Shown piece after piece: positions 12,310-25,600 of a DNA stretch of 64,000 nt. The position numbers and the translations under genes were made by a program. The stretch spans positions 40,476,439 to 40,540,438 of the forward strand of contig NC_092371.1 of NCBI RefSeq assembly GCF_030028105.1, in the 5' to 3' direction. Numbering within the stretch: position 1 is the stretch's first letter; each line of letters begins with the position of its first letter. The notes beneath the pieces were generated by a model. That model was not told where the DNA came from, made no database searches, and saw only the letters and a program-made list of their open reading frames with translations. This DNA is from Mobula birostris (Eukaryota).

Positions 12310-14465
12310 GACAATGGGCGCAGGAGTCTGCCATTCAGCCCTTCAAGCCAGCACCACCATTCACTGTGATCATGGCTGATCATCCACAATCAGTACCCTT
12401 TCCTTGCCTTCTTCACTCCGCTATCTTTAAGAGCTCTATCTAACTCTTTCTTGAAAAAAAAGAGAATTGGCCTCCATTGCCTTTTGAGGCAGACCATTCC
12501 ACAGAACCACAACCCTCTGTGTGAAAAAGTGCTCCTCAACGCCATTTTAAATTACCTACCCCTTATTCTTAAACTGTGGCCTCTGGTTCTGAACTCCCCC
12601 AACATCGAGAACATGTTTCCTGCCTCTGGCATGTCCAATCCCTTAATAATCTTATATGTTTCAATCAGATCCCCTCTCATCCTTCTAAATTCCAGTGTAT
12701 ACACGCCCAGTCGCTCCAATTTTTCAACATATTACAGTCCCACTATCGCGGGAATTAACCTTGTGACCCTACGATGCACTCCCTCAATAGCTAGAATGTC
12801 CTTCCTCAAATTTGGAGACCAAAACTGTACACAATACCCCAGGTGTGGTCTCACGAGGGCCCTGTACAACTTCAGAAGGACCTCTTTGTTCCTATACTCA
12901 ACTCCCCTTGTTATGAAGGCCAACATGCCATTAGCTTTCTTCACTGCATGCTGTACCTGTGTGCTTACTTTCAGTGACTGATGAACAAGAACACTTAGGT
13001 CTCATTGTACTTCTCCTTTTCCTAACTTGACACCATTCAGATAGTAATCTGCCTTCCTGTTCTTGCCACCAAAGTGGATAACCTCACATTTATCCATGTT
13101 AAACTGCATCTGCCCACTCAACCAACCTGTCCAAGTCACCCTGCATTCTCATAACATCCTCCTCACATTTCACACTGCCACCCAGCTTTGTGTCATCTGC
13201 AAATTTGCTAATGTTACTTTTAATCCCTTCATCTGAATCATTAATGTATATTGTAAATAGCTGCGGTCCCAGCACCGAGCCTTGCGGTGCCTGACTAGTC
13301 ACTGCCTGCCATTCTGAAAAGGACCCATTAATCCCTAATCTTTATTTCCTGTCTGCCAACCAATTTTCTATCCATGTCAGTACCCTACCCCCAATACCAT
13401 TTGCTCTAATTTTGCACACTACCTCCTATGTGGGACCTTATCAAAGGCTTTCTGAAAGTCCAGGTACACTACATCCACTGGCTTTCCTATGTTCATTTTC
13501 ATAGTTACATCCTCAAAAAATTCCAGAAGATCAGTCAAGCATGATTTCCCCTTTGTAAATCCATGCTGACTTGGACTTATCCTGTTACTGCTATCCAAAT
13601 ATGCCGCTATTACATCTTTTATAATTGATTCCAGCATCTTCCCCACCACTGACGTTAGACTGACTGGTCTATAATTGCCTGTTTTCTCTCTCCCTCCATT
13701 CTTAAAAAGTGGGATAACATTAGCTACCCTTCAATCCACAGGAACTGATCCTGAATCTATAGAACATTGGAAAATGATTACCAATGCATCCACGATTTCT
13801 AGAGCCACCTCCTTAAGTACCCTGGGATGCAGACCATCAGGCCCTGGGGATTTATCAACCTTCAGTCCCATCAGTTTTCCCAACACCATTTTGTACCTGG
13901 TGCGAATTTCCTTCAGTTCCTGCGTTACCCCAGGTTCTCTGGGCACTATTACTTCAGGGAGATTGTTTGTGTCTTCCCTAGTGAAGACAGATCCAAAGTA
14001 CCTGTTCAGCTCGTCTGCCATTTCCTTGTTCCCCATAATAATTTCACCCGTTTCTGTCTTCAAGGGCCCAACTTTGATCTTAAATAATTTTTTCCTCTTC
14101 ACATACCTAAAGAAGCTTTTACTATCCTCCTTTATATTCTTGGCTAGCTTAACTTCATACCTCATTCCCCCCCCCGCCTCAACTGTATTGCCTTTTTAGT
14201 TATCTTCTGTTGCTCCTTAAAATTCTCCCAATCCTCTTGGCTTCCCATTCATCCTTCCTATGTTATACTTCCTCTCTTTTATTTTTATACTGTCCTTGAC
14301 TTCCCTTACTCCCTTTGGAACCTTTCCACAGTTGCCCCTTACTCCCCTTGGAACCTTTCTTCCTCTTTGGAATGAACTGATCCTGCACCTTCTGTATTAT
14401 TCCCAGAAATACCTGCCATTGTTGTTCCACTGCCATCGCTGCTAGGGTATCTTTCCAGTCAACTG
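12310..14465 (-). mobile_element. CR1/HER1-like LINE, 5'-truncated ORF2 plus 3' UTR
   Basis: Contains KSPGPDGLHPRVLKE, QHGFTKGKSCLT, VVYLDFQKAFDKVPH, PQGSVLGP, KFADDTKL and LVRPHLGYCVQFWSP, split by stops and frameshifts. Confidence 0.93.
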
Positions 14466-14664
14466 GAAATGTTGGTGAAGTCAACATAGACATTTGAAAA
14501 TTTGAATAAATCTCATATGATATCACCAAAGAACAGCATCAAAATGGTAAGAATAAGATGCCTAGAAAATGTCCTCCAAAGGACCTTTGATGGTTCCTGA
14601 GCTTCCAAACATAAACTTGAGTTTGAATTCACCAGGCAAATTTCTGGGATGAGATATCCTACTA

Positions 14665-15015
14665 TAAGAGACTAAATTGTTTAGGCTGTATTCCTTGGAG
14701 TTTAGGAAAATAGAAGGTGACCTTATTCAAACTTAATTTCTTAAGGAAGCTTGACAGGGTTTCAAGAAGAAATACATACAAGATTCGTTCTTCATGCAAA
14801 AGATGGTGAACCTTGGGAACTATCTGCCTCAGTGGATGGCAGAAGTAGGATCCTAATAAGCATTTAAAGAGGTGGTGGATCAATATTTGATAGATTGAGG
14901 AATGGAATATATGAAGAAATCATAACAAAGAGGAGTTGAAACTAGTATAGGTCACCCATTGACTATGTTAACTGGTTGAGCAGGGTTAAAGAGCCTGATG
15001 ACCTACTTCTGATCC
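14665..15015 (+). mobile_element. Old CR1 3' end
   Basis: LGCIPWSLGK…GDLIQ-like remnant followed by a CR1-type 3' UTR (AAGAGCCTGATGACCTACTTCTGATCCTAT). Confidence 0.5.
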
Positions 15016-16054
15016 TATTTGAACTTAACTCCCACAGATGTTACTCAACCCACTGTCCCTCCAGTAGATTGTTTGTTGCTCCAGATTCCAGTAACTGCAG
15101 GCTCTTGTGTCTTCTGCTCCTGTTTTCTGTGTTCTGCCTTTCTTCTTGATTTGAATCCTTATCTAAAAGAAAACACTTTTGACATTGGAGAACATTCCCA
15201 AAGAAATGGAAAAAGTTCTGATGAAAGTTCATCAACCTCAATTACTCCACTTCTCTGGCTACAAGTTATGATGACCAACCTCTTGATTATATCAATATTT
15301 TATGCTTTTATTTCAGAGTTCCGCAACCTGTAGCATTTTTCTTTACTTCCTCAAAGGAATCTAAATAGACTGGGAAAGTAATTGAACAATTCGGAAATTA
15401 CTGTGGGCAAATAAAAGATAATCATCAAGGGAGCTAAACATGGAATTAGATTACCTGTTTAAATATAGGAGAGATTAAATCCAATAAAAACTTTTCTAGG
15501 AAACATTCAATTCAAGTTCTAAATAATAAAATATACATAATACAAATTTTCATTGTTAATATTTGAAGGAATATACAGGATAGACCAAAGCCAGTTGATG
15601 TAAGTATCATATTTACTGTACATTTCTTACTAAAAATGTCATTCTTTACCTGTAATTCAGTTTTTTCCCTCTAGTGATTACTTAGTGCATGTAAAACATC
15701 TTCAACCATCTTCATGCCGATTTTTAACTTAAACTATGTTCATACATTGTCTACAGCATATAATATCTTAGTGCTTTGCCCTATGATGTGAAACTTAATT
15801 TATTTTTCATGTTTGATTGTCAGGATATGGTACATATTAACCAGAATATCATTTTTCTATTATTTGATACTTAGTATGGCTGAAATTAAACCTTATATTT
15901 CTGGTGATAAAGGCAATCCTGTGTTACTGTTAGCTTGTTTGCAGTTTATATTGATGATGTTTAAAACACTCTCAATAGTATGTGACTTCTCTGAACAGCT
16001 AAGCACATAATCTTATAATCATTATCTAATAATGTTCAATTGAAATTATATTAA

Positions 16055-16205
16055 AAAATGCTGGAAATACTCTGCAGGTCAGACAGCATCTGTGGTAGGA
16101 GAAATAGTTCAAGTTGCCTCAAGTTGAAAATGCTTCAAGTTGAAATCCTGACAAAAGGTTTTCCACTTGAAATGTTAACTATCTCAGAGTTCCGGCATTT
16201 GTGAT
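16055..16205. mobile_element. Older fold-back Penelope-tail element
   Basis: AAATGCTGGAAATACTC at the left end and GAGTTCCGGCATTT at the right end, with an internal CCTGACAAAAGG…TGAAATGTTAACT. Confidence 0.5.
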
Positions 16206-19004
16206 TATTTGATTTTTATTTTAGGTTTCATGCCCAGTTTTAATACCCAGTTAGTGTCAGCTAGGTTGCTGATGAACATCCATGAAGTGGCATTAGCAGC
16301 CTGGTTTTGGAAGGTAATTAACTAGATTATCCATCCTCTGTTTTTTAGGGAAAACAGAACTGGGGTTGGCTGTGATAACCCGTATAAAGAACAACTTTCA
16401 TTTCTACAGCACCTCAGAATATCATGAAGGGATAAATGTCAATAAATTATAAACACTGTTGTAATTAGAATTCTATAATTAAATAGTAAGTTAGCATGTA
16501 TCATCAGGGTTTGCATTTGACAAGTGGCCATTTTACAATGTACTGAGGAAATAACAGATGCAGGCGGAGTACAATTGAGAAAAAATTTGCATGAAAAAAG
16601 AAAGAAGTGCTATTAATCTTCAAATGGCCATTAAACTGGTTGGCAATGTGTTTGCTTCTAGCTGGTAACAAAAGCTCAAGCCAGACTTTTAAACTAGGCT
16701 ATTATCATTTTTAGTTTTGATTAAATAACCATTGTAACTAAAATAATGGATTTTTTTTATCACCAATACCTTTCTTAATGGCAATAGACTTAAGTTAATA
16801 TAAAAAGTATGAAACAAACAAGTTTTCTTTGTAGTTATTTACAAAATCAACCAAAATAGTTTCCTGTTTTTCTTCAGGAATGACTAATTGTCTCTCTGCA
16901 ATGACACCATCAAACTGAGCTCCAGGAAATAATGGCAGTAACCTAATTTATGAGGACTAGGATACGGCATCCAGATTTTAACAGATTATAAACCTGACAA
17001 ACAAAATAGGGATCAAAATACTAAGGGAAAGTTACTGGAATGAACATTATGCATCTTCATTTAATATTTTTTCACCATTTGATAATAACATTTTGAGAAT
17101 TTCTTTGTCTTTTTGCATCAAATAAGGTCTAATGAAAAGTCATTAAATTGAAAGGATAACTTTTTTTTCTCCGCAGATGCTACCTGATTTGTTGAGTATC
17201 TCCAGTGTTTCCTGGTCTTATTTTCTATAAAGGAGGGTTGTAGTTTGAACAAATTGCTCAATATTACATTATCTCACAACTATGGAAAATAATTGGTCAG
17301 TTATTGCATGAAAAATCCATCTTTTCATTAGTAACCTGATTGAGAGCTATGTGAACCAGAGCCAATGGAAAATAAATTGTCATCTGATGTACTGTAGTTT
17401 GCTAAATTAAAAAACTGCAACCACAATTTCTGCAACAATAGTATGGTACGGTACTTTTGCTGATGTGATATTGCTGATTAAAGTCATTATGGTTTGTAAC
17501 CTCTCAGGCCACAAAGTTATATTATGGATTTAGTTACCCTTAATAGAGTGGAGCTTTTCTATTCATCAAAAATAATGGAAATTTGGCTTTAAATATAACA
17601 GTACCTCAGTAAAATATTGCCTCCGGAATATCTGAAACCAAGCCCTGATATATAATGTACTGTCTTTTCTTATTAAGCTTCTTAATTCAGTTATTTTACC
17701 ATCATTGAGAACACTGCATTTTAATTGATATTTACAGTTCCAAAGTCATAACCGCAACTTTTACCACATATGAAGTATAACTGCGCAAAGCAGCAAAGTT
17801 TTTTCCATTGGTTATATTTAATTCAGATGTAATTTTGATGACATCATGTGACATGAACTGAGGCTTAATTTGTCTCCAGCAAGTTTTGACTAAAATTATA
17901 CTCATTAGCTTTACACATACATTTTCACCAAATTATTAGCATCAATGAGATACAATAAATAACTGAGAGAAAAAAATGTCCTGATTGATAATTGGACATT
18001 TTCTAAAGGTGTTTTCATATGGATCATATATTATCTGCAAAGAGAATAACATGAGACAACAATTTGAAAGAAGGTTTGAACCAAGTTTAGTGTTCAATTC
18101 TATGAGATGTTGCTGGTCTGTTGAACTCTAGTGAAGAAAAATATTGAATTATGATGATAATTTCATATTTTTCCTGTTGCGCTTAAGACAGAGCAGATTG
18201 GGAGCCAATCTTTATGCATGAAAGTATTCTAATACATATCAGACTACAGTGTACCTTGCCTATTCCCCAGTGGAAAACAAAATATATAGATAAGACATGG
18301 CTTCACTGAGGTATAAACTCTACTCGATCATTCATTTATGGTATTCCTTTATAAGAAAAATAAGCAATAGGTCCTGTACTTAATCACAAAACACTTGCCT
18401 CAATTAAAAAAAAAACAGAAAGGCAGGAATAGTTGAATTCTAATGGGTTCACAATACATCTCTTCCTCTCCTAAAATAAAAATAATATGAATTATAGAAA
18501 CCATGGACTTTCATAACACATAAGAATGTGTCTTAGCTATGCTAGAACTTTGAAGGAGCAAACCATTCTTCTGCCCTTTCCTCGGAACTCTGACATTTTT
18601 TCATTTTCAATTACAGTATAAGTCCAGTTATCTTTCAAAAGGCTTTGATGAATTGGATACATTTACCCTTGCTAGAATTGCATGTCTGATCATAATAAAA
18701 AATGATTTCAAAATATCATTTTGATTCAAAATATTAAATAGAACCATTCAATTTTGATCCTTCTAAGTCTCCTTTTTATTGGTTATACTCTGTAGAGAAA
18801 ATGTACCCCAGCTTCTTTGGTCTGTTCTGGTAAACCTTGTTTAATTATTTTTATACTTTTTTCCATGCTGTTTTTGCTGCTAGATTTGAACATTCCAATG
18901 TGCCTTTAAGCCAAACTTTCTACACTATGTAAAATTGAGTTCATCTTAAATTTAGGAAGTGTAGAAATTTCAGTTTGCAGTGTACTAACCTGTATCATAT
19001 TTTG

Positions 19005-19370
19005 AGAACCCGTCACCCCAGTGTTTGCTAGCCAACATTGGCTTCCAGTTAGGTCGTACATCTCAGTTGCACAATTCCCATTTTTATTTCCAGTTGCTTC
19101 GTTGCTAGCCTATCCTTAACTTTGTCATCTCCATCTGCCTCAAAACACCAAATTTAACTTTTCTATATTTTGTGGCTGTTCCTTTAGTTATCAAGGTCTT
19201 CAGCCTTGGAATCTCCCCCAAACTATTCTCTTCCTCCTTTCAAGATATCTCCTAAAATCTACAGTTGTCCTCTCTGATGTAGTTTAGTGTCAGATTTTGT
19301 TTGATTATATTATCAGTAAAATGCCTCATATGATTTGCTTCATTAATGAAAATAATATTGTTAAAAATGC
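19005..19370 (+). mobile_element. Old L2-like LINE 3' remnant
   Basis: GTCACCCCAGTGTTTGCTAGCCAACATTGGCTTCCAGTT translates to VTPVFASQHWLPV, similar to the L2 ITPVLxxLHWLPV motif. Confidence 0.55.
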
Positions 19371-20149
19371 CCTCTGTAGTGCCTTCAGATCATTTAAAAT
19401 CTGCGCCAGGAATTTAACAAAATGATCTGATTTGAAATGATATGAGTTCCTAATTCAATATTCTCTATCTGTAGAGAAAAGTATGTTCACTATATGTAGA
19501 TATGATAAATCAAAGCAAATCTTTAATCTTAGAAATCATGTTTTATGTTCATTTGAAGTCCTATCCATCCCAGCTTTTCCCATTATTGACTGACTGACAT
19601 CAAGATGGCCAGCCTTGGTGTCAAATCTCTCTATCCTGTGTATATTCTCTGTTTATGTGCATCCAACGACTCAAAGCCGTCCATTCTCTCTGCATCAATA
19701 ATTTTGCCATTATTTCATCCGTACTATCCCTGCAATCATTGAAAAACTTGTTCTTGATCCCAAAATATTATTAAAGCCGTGCTCCTTCATCATATCCAAC
19801 CTTTCCTATCCCCTCCCCTGTTAAGTATACCTCAATTTATGACGAGCAGTTTGGAGTTTTGCTGGCACTTTAATTTGTGTTTTCACATGAGATTAAATTA
19901 GTGTTTATTGACTTACAAAAATTAAAATATTTTGCACTAATTAGTGTTTAATTGATCAAGTCCCTTACAGCGATGAATGCATCACTTTCTACTTTCCCTT
20001 GGTAGCAATAATATTACATGTACAGGGCAAAATCTACATAAAATTAATAATCAAAGCAGAGATTCTCTGCAATAAAAATTAAAGTCAAGATAAGGTAAGT
20101 GTTTTACTCTGCCATTAATGTAATTCTACAGTTATGCAATTACTAATTT

Positions 20150-20423
20150 GAGGAGGAGCGCGAAGCAGCTGCGCTCACCCAGCACTACAGTCCCCAGAGT
20201 GCACTGCCCCGGGCGCGTGCGCGATTGCGCGCTCCCTTTTAATTTGAATAATCTGAGAGCCCTTGGATCCAAGCCAATCAGCTGTCAGGAGCCTATGATA
20301 AATCGCAATGCATTATTGATAATCATAATTACCATGACACATGCGCACTCCACTTAATGGAGCAATTTGGCAACTCCAAGAATTTGTTTGATTTTTTTTG
20401 TATTTGTTACTGATGCATCTACC
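20150..20423 (+). promoter_or_regulatory. SALL4 proximal promoter / 5' UTR
   Basis: Local CpG cluster in AT-rich DNA. ZNF143/SBS-like ACTACAGTCCCCAGAGTGCA (20184-20203). CCAAT box (20274-20278) abutting CAGCTGTCA (E-box/TALE site). AT-rich block GATAAATCGCAATGCATTATTGATAAT immediately upstream of exon 1. Confidence 0.75.
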
Positions 20424-20490
20424 ATGTCGCGTCGCAAGCAGGCGAAACCCCAGCACATCAACTCGGATGAACAGCTAATAGTTGGAAACG
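20424..20490 (+). CDS. SALL4: Spalt-like transcription factor SALL4, coding exon 1 (NuRD-binding N-terminal motif)
   Basis: ACCATG start, encoding MSRRKQAKPQHINSDEQLIVGN. MSRRKQAKP is the SALL NuRD-recruiting peptide, and HINS is typical of SALL4 (SALL1 has HFQS, SALL3 HLKS). The 67-nt exon is followed by a GTGAGT donor at 20491 (phase 1). Confidence 0.93.
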
Positions 20491-22578
20491 GTGAGTGCAT
20501 GGTGGGGGGTGCAAATAAGAGACCTTCCACTTCATATTTCATAGTTTATTTGATTAATCAACAGATTATAAAGGGAAAAAAAGAGAAATCGTGTGTATGT
20601 TTTCTCATTCATGGGAGTGCGGGTCCGCTCCGCGTTCGCTCAGATCCTAATGTCCCTTTGAACTGGTTATCAGATGTGAAAGCAGCAAATATCAAAAGCA
20701 TCGGATTAATTTCTTAGGTTTATCTCTCATGGGCAACTCTGGGATGAAATTGAGTGAGATGGGAAATAAAAAGTTTATGAATTCCGTTTCAAAGGCTGAA
20801 GTTAAGATGAAGAGGGGAGCGAGAGAGAGAGAGGGAGTTAGGTAAAAATGACCATTGCTTGTGCCCTTGCCATGGCCGGAGGGAGCAGGACCCGGGCTCT
20901 GACCACTGACCGATTGAAAACTCCTCGAATAAAATTCGACTAACACCCCACTCCATCTGTGTACATAAATGAGATTGAACTCCGTTTTCTCTGTGTGTGA
21001 TCGCTGGGATTAGTTTTACTGTAAAAGGATTATTTTTGGGGGTGTTTGACCCAATTATTGGTCGAGTCTGGTGCGCACGCTTAGCGTGACTCACTCCTAT
21101 TGATCGAGGTAGGTATAAATAGTTACAACATGTAACACAAAGAAGATCCTATCTTATCTTGTCACAATTATGTTTCAAATTTCATTTTCCTCTCTCTCTT
21201 TATCTCCCTCTTATTTATGTAGTAATTTAGGCTTCCTGTGCCTGGCGACCAGTTGATGTTGAAACTTGTTCAAAGGAAAAGGTTAACACGATTGTACTCT
21301 TCAAATGTTTGCAATAAAAGTTGGAAATAGCTGTGTTTCGTTTGAAAAATAGTGTTTCGCAAACTTAAAAAAACTTTCTTGCTTCCCTGATTCACCCTGG
21401 TACTCTTCAGCATTTCGTTGCATTTCATACCAAAGGTGGCTGTAGCTTTGTATGTTTGTGTATGTGTGTGCGCGCTGAGGGATAGGGCGAGATCGCGATC
21501 ACCCTGGACTCCGAGCCGTGACCTACAGCCATCTTTGATTTCCGACTTCCTACAGCCACTCAATGGACGCATTTGTTCTATTTTAAAAAATGTCACAGAA
21601 GTTGTAGTTGAAATTGCAATGGATGTCCAGGTTAAAAGTTAACCGTTAAAAAAATGAGACCTGCGCTACCTCCAGTCTGGCTACCAATCTGGATTTACAT
21701 GGTGCGATATTTAAACTTTAATTCGTAACACTGTAAGACCTTTTTTTTAAGATCCTCACAACAAAGTGACCGATTCTAGTGGATCGGTGTGAAATCAGCC
21801 TGAATTAATATCAAAAATTATTCCAAAAGCGCACACGCACTACTTTATTGTATACACTTCCCATAGCTAAGTGTGGGTGGCGGTTCTTGCGCCTTTTATC
21901 GCTCATACAAGTTTTAATCTTTATAAATTAGTATTTTCAGAATTGTAACTGCAGATTGTTTTAAAATGCGTTGCATTATAAATGATTGATGGGGGTCTAA
22001 TTCGGAGCACGTGGAGCACTTTTGCATTCGTACATATCCTAGCATTAAACCCTCAGCCACGTTTACTGTTAATTATCTCAATGGCAGGACTCTTGGTGGT
22101 GAAGTGTTGTATCCATAATATTTTTTTCCCAAAAGCTTTTGCACAAGGAATATTTTTCCTGACAAATTCATCAGCTGTAAAATATTGCCACATTTGCCCC
22201 TATTTTCCCTCTGTAAAGGGGTTTATTTATATCTCTCTAATGTAATACAGCTGGAGCCCATTAGTATTGCAGTTAATTGCTGTTGTGAGCAAGAGCCAAG
22301 GATGGCCAGACTCACTAACACACTTTTTAATCAGTTTGCTTGTAAAAGTAAATTGTAACTTGCACAACAGTTGCTGGTAGTAGAACTCTTTCTTCTCGTT
22401 CTCCTCCTCCCCCTCCAAACATTTGTTATTGTCCAAATGCTTAACTATCCCGTGGCCCACCCATTGTTTGCAGTGGCAAATCCCTTAAAGAAGCATTTTG
22501 AATGTTAATGTGCTCTGAAGAACCATTCTGTAACTTCTCCATTGCTTTGAATCTTATGTTCAGGTGGGGGGATGGAAG

Positions 22579-22600
22579 GTGTGTGTGTGTGTGTGTGTGT
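22579..22600. repeat. (GT)n microsatellite
   Basis: About 10 GT units, read directly. Confidence 0.9.
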
Positions 22601-25600
22601 TATATACATACAAACACAAAAAAAACTTGCAAACCTCTTGGACCTCTCTGTCACAAAGAAGCTTAACTGCACACTAGCTTTAAAAACAGGAGTTGCATCC
22701 CTTCTCCCACTATATAGAAGGGGCAGCATTGGTGTGCACAATGCTTTGAGGGGGAGAGGGATATTGTTAAGGAAGTGGGAGCCTTGTATGAGTTGTGGTT
22801 TAAGTGGTCATTCCTTTCAGTCTTGTTGTTTGTATACTCAGCCCCACCACCTCACACACACGTGTATAAAATTAGATTTTTTAAAATGAAATACAACTTT
22901 ATTTGGAGACCGTGTTAAATGCACGATTAAAATGTTTTTCTCCAGTTTGTAATTATAATTTCTTTATGGATGTGAGGGTAAAGCTATCACTTGTAAGTTC
23001 ATTGACAGAATTTAATGCTGTCTTATCCACACCTTTACAGAATGTGATCATTTGTTCAATAAACTTAAAACATAAATGGAGCAAGACTGTTAATAATGTA
23101 TTACAACTTTGCTTCTGTTTGGTATACTAATTATTATTTGTTAACTGTCAAGGATGAAAATGAAAAGTTAAAAACCAATCTAGGTAACAGTGTAGATGTC
23201 TAATGTGAGATTAGCGGCATAACATGAAATATAGCATCTTCTGTTCTGTCGGTTTTGACAGCATCTGAGTGCTGCATTGGATTATCTGCTTTTGAAAGTG
23301 TTAAGTTTTCTGGAGTTGTGCTTAGTGAATCTTCAGCTACTTTTTAGATGTCAGTCCCATTTATGTTCTTGATATGTGCTTGGCATACACTACACATGGA
23401 ATTCATTGTTTAATTTTGGAAGACTTGAGTATAAATAAAGCATATGTGTCTGATGAATATTGATTTGAGCTAGTCTGTAGTAATGCACAAATACTAAATT
23501 ACAAGCCAAAAGTATGAATTTTGTCCATTTATTTTCTTAATGTGGTACATTTGTGAATTGTTTTCTAATTTACAAAATGTTAATCATTGCCATTTTAATA
23601 AGTACTTTAAAGCTGCTTCGTTATCCTTTGGAAGAAAGTGCATCAGTTGAGGTGAATGCACTAGCTACACTTTTTAAAAAAATGTGACAATATTTGTATT
23701 ATTGGGAAATTAAAGGAGGGCCCATATGAAGCATGTTTTTGTGTTTTTAAGTAACATTGTTCTATGCAGGATGAAGTGGGGGGAGGAGATAAACAAACAT
23801 TCAGACTAGGGAGGCAGTATTTTTCAGTGGGTTGAATGTGTGAGATTTTAAAGATAAATTTCTTTCAAATGGGTATTTGCTAGAATCACTTAAAGGTTAT
23901 TAATCAATTGTGTGTAAGCTTGATTAAATTTTGTAATTCACTTATTCAAGGGAATATTTGTGCTACCACATGCAACTGTGTGGGGAACAGAAAATCCTGC
24001 CCTGTAACTAACTTTTCAGTAGTGGATCATTATTAAAGCTGTTTGTTTTATTTAGTTCATTGTGGTGTGTGTGTTTTAAACAAATATAATTTGGAACAAA
24101 AGCTATTGTCCAACACATCAAACCTCATGTCTCTCAGAAAATTTGTTAGATCAGTTGTTACAGTTGAATGTGCAAATACTAGAATAAATGGATTTGTGTT
24201 GAAATATCTGTAATATTTATGGTACTGTTTGAAAATTTGAGGTGTGTAAGGGCACACACTAATCTGCTGCTCACAATAGGAAGGGGATTTTTTTTCTCTA
24301 TCCCTATGCTTCTTAGCACAAAATACTATGCTTTTTGTACATCACACATCTATTTATACCCAGTATGCATTTGTTTCTGAAATTTCTTAGCAATTTCTAG
24401 TGAATTTGTCAATTTTTAAAAAAAATAAGACCTTGCTGCCTTTAGCATAAATATTTACGCACAAGACATAAATATTTTCATGACCAATTTAACATTTGGT
24501 CCTAGTATAGTTGAGGCGGTGGTAGGTTTTTGGGAAACACTTTAAGGATGGTTTTAAAATATTGTGACGAGCTATTTATTTCCTTTTTAGGAGGTACAGT
24601 ATATTGTAAGCATGGCATCTTTTTATTCCTTTTAATATGTACTGAAAATTTGCACAGGCAGGAATACTTATTGATGATCACTTTTTGTTATTGAGTTTCT
24701 TTTTTTGTGTGTGGTTTCTCTAGATTTGTATTTGTAATCAATACACCCAGGAAACCAGTGCTGTAGTGTATCTCTTCTCTTCTCTCACCTGGAGAGTAAT
24801 TAACAGTTCGAGTTACCAGGATACATAGTAACTTTGTCCTATTTTAATTTTCTTTTTATTTTATGATGTATGATTTAGCTTCTAGCTGTATCAACATTAA
24901 AGAAGTCTTCATGCCAGAGGATTACTGGAAATGTGAACAAATAGGAAAAGCATTGTTGACTTTGTTCAGAATCATATGGGGAGTAATTGACTTTGCTGAC
25001 TTGGGAACAAATGAAGTCGGTTGCCAAAAATACAAAACACAACACTGATACTTTTTACCCCTTCAAACCTAAATATGGGAATATTTACAAATTCTGTCTC
25101 AGCTGCATAATAGGATTAGAAGATGCAAAGACCATAGAAGCTTGACTTTTGTAGACTTTCTAAATATGGTGGCATGTTATCATTCTGTAAAATGAACTGA
25201 TCTAGATTATTCCATTTTTACCTTGCTCCGTGAAATGTTAAGTATTATACTGGATTGAAAGTTGTTGCTATTGATACAATTTCTGACTTCTGAGCGGAGT
25301 TATAGTATTTGTTGATTGTAGTTAATTCAACCTGGGGTGTTCTCTATCTAGCCAACCATCTTGTAATAAAAAGATTCTTGCAAACATAAAATCTAAACCT
25401 TTTCCTGAAAGATTGGAGGTTGTGAGACTTCCAACTATCTAAAAGATTTGCATTTTAGTTCAGGTTTAATGTCATGTTGTCTTGAATCTAAAATAAATTG
25501 TGTTCAAAAACAGTGGGCTGTGAAACATCTATGGGTGTGCGGGAAGGGAAAAAAAAAGGCAAAAGGTTTTGGTATCAACATGCATTTTAAAAATAAATTG

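Noticed and set aside
12451-14199. 176-aa and 174-aa plus-strand ORFs
   Set aside because: They are antisense shadows of the CR1 ORF2.
14295-14362. Short direct repeat (CCCTTACTCCC…TTGGAACCTTTC) that might suggest an array
   Set aside because: It is a two-copy local duplication within a CR1. There is no spacer structure and the context is eukaryotic, so it is not CRISPR.
20367-20717. 116-aa ORF around exon 1
   Set aside because: Only 20424-20490 is SALL-like. The rest is 5' UTR read from a TTG and intron read-through.
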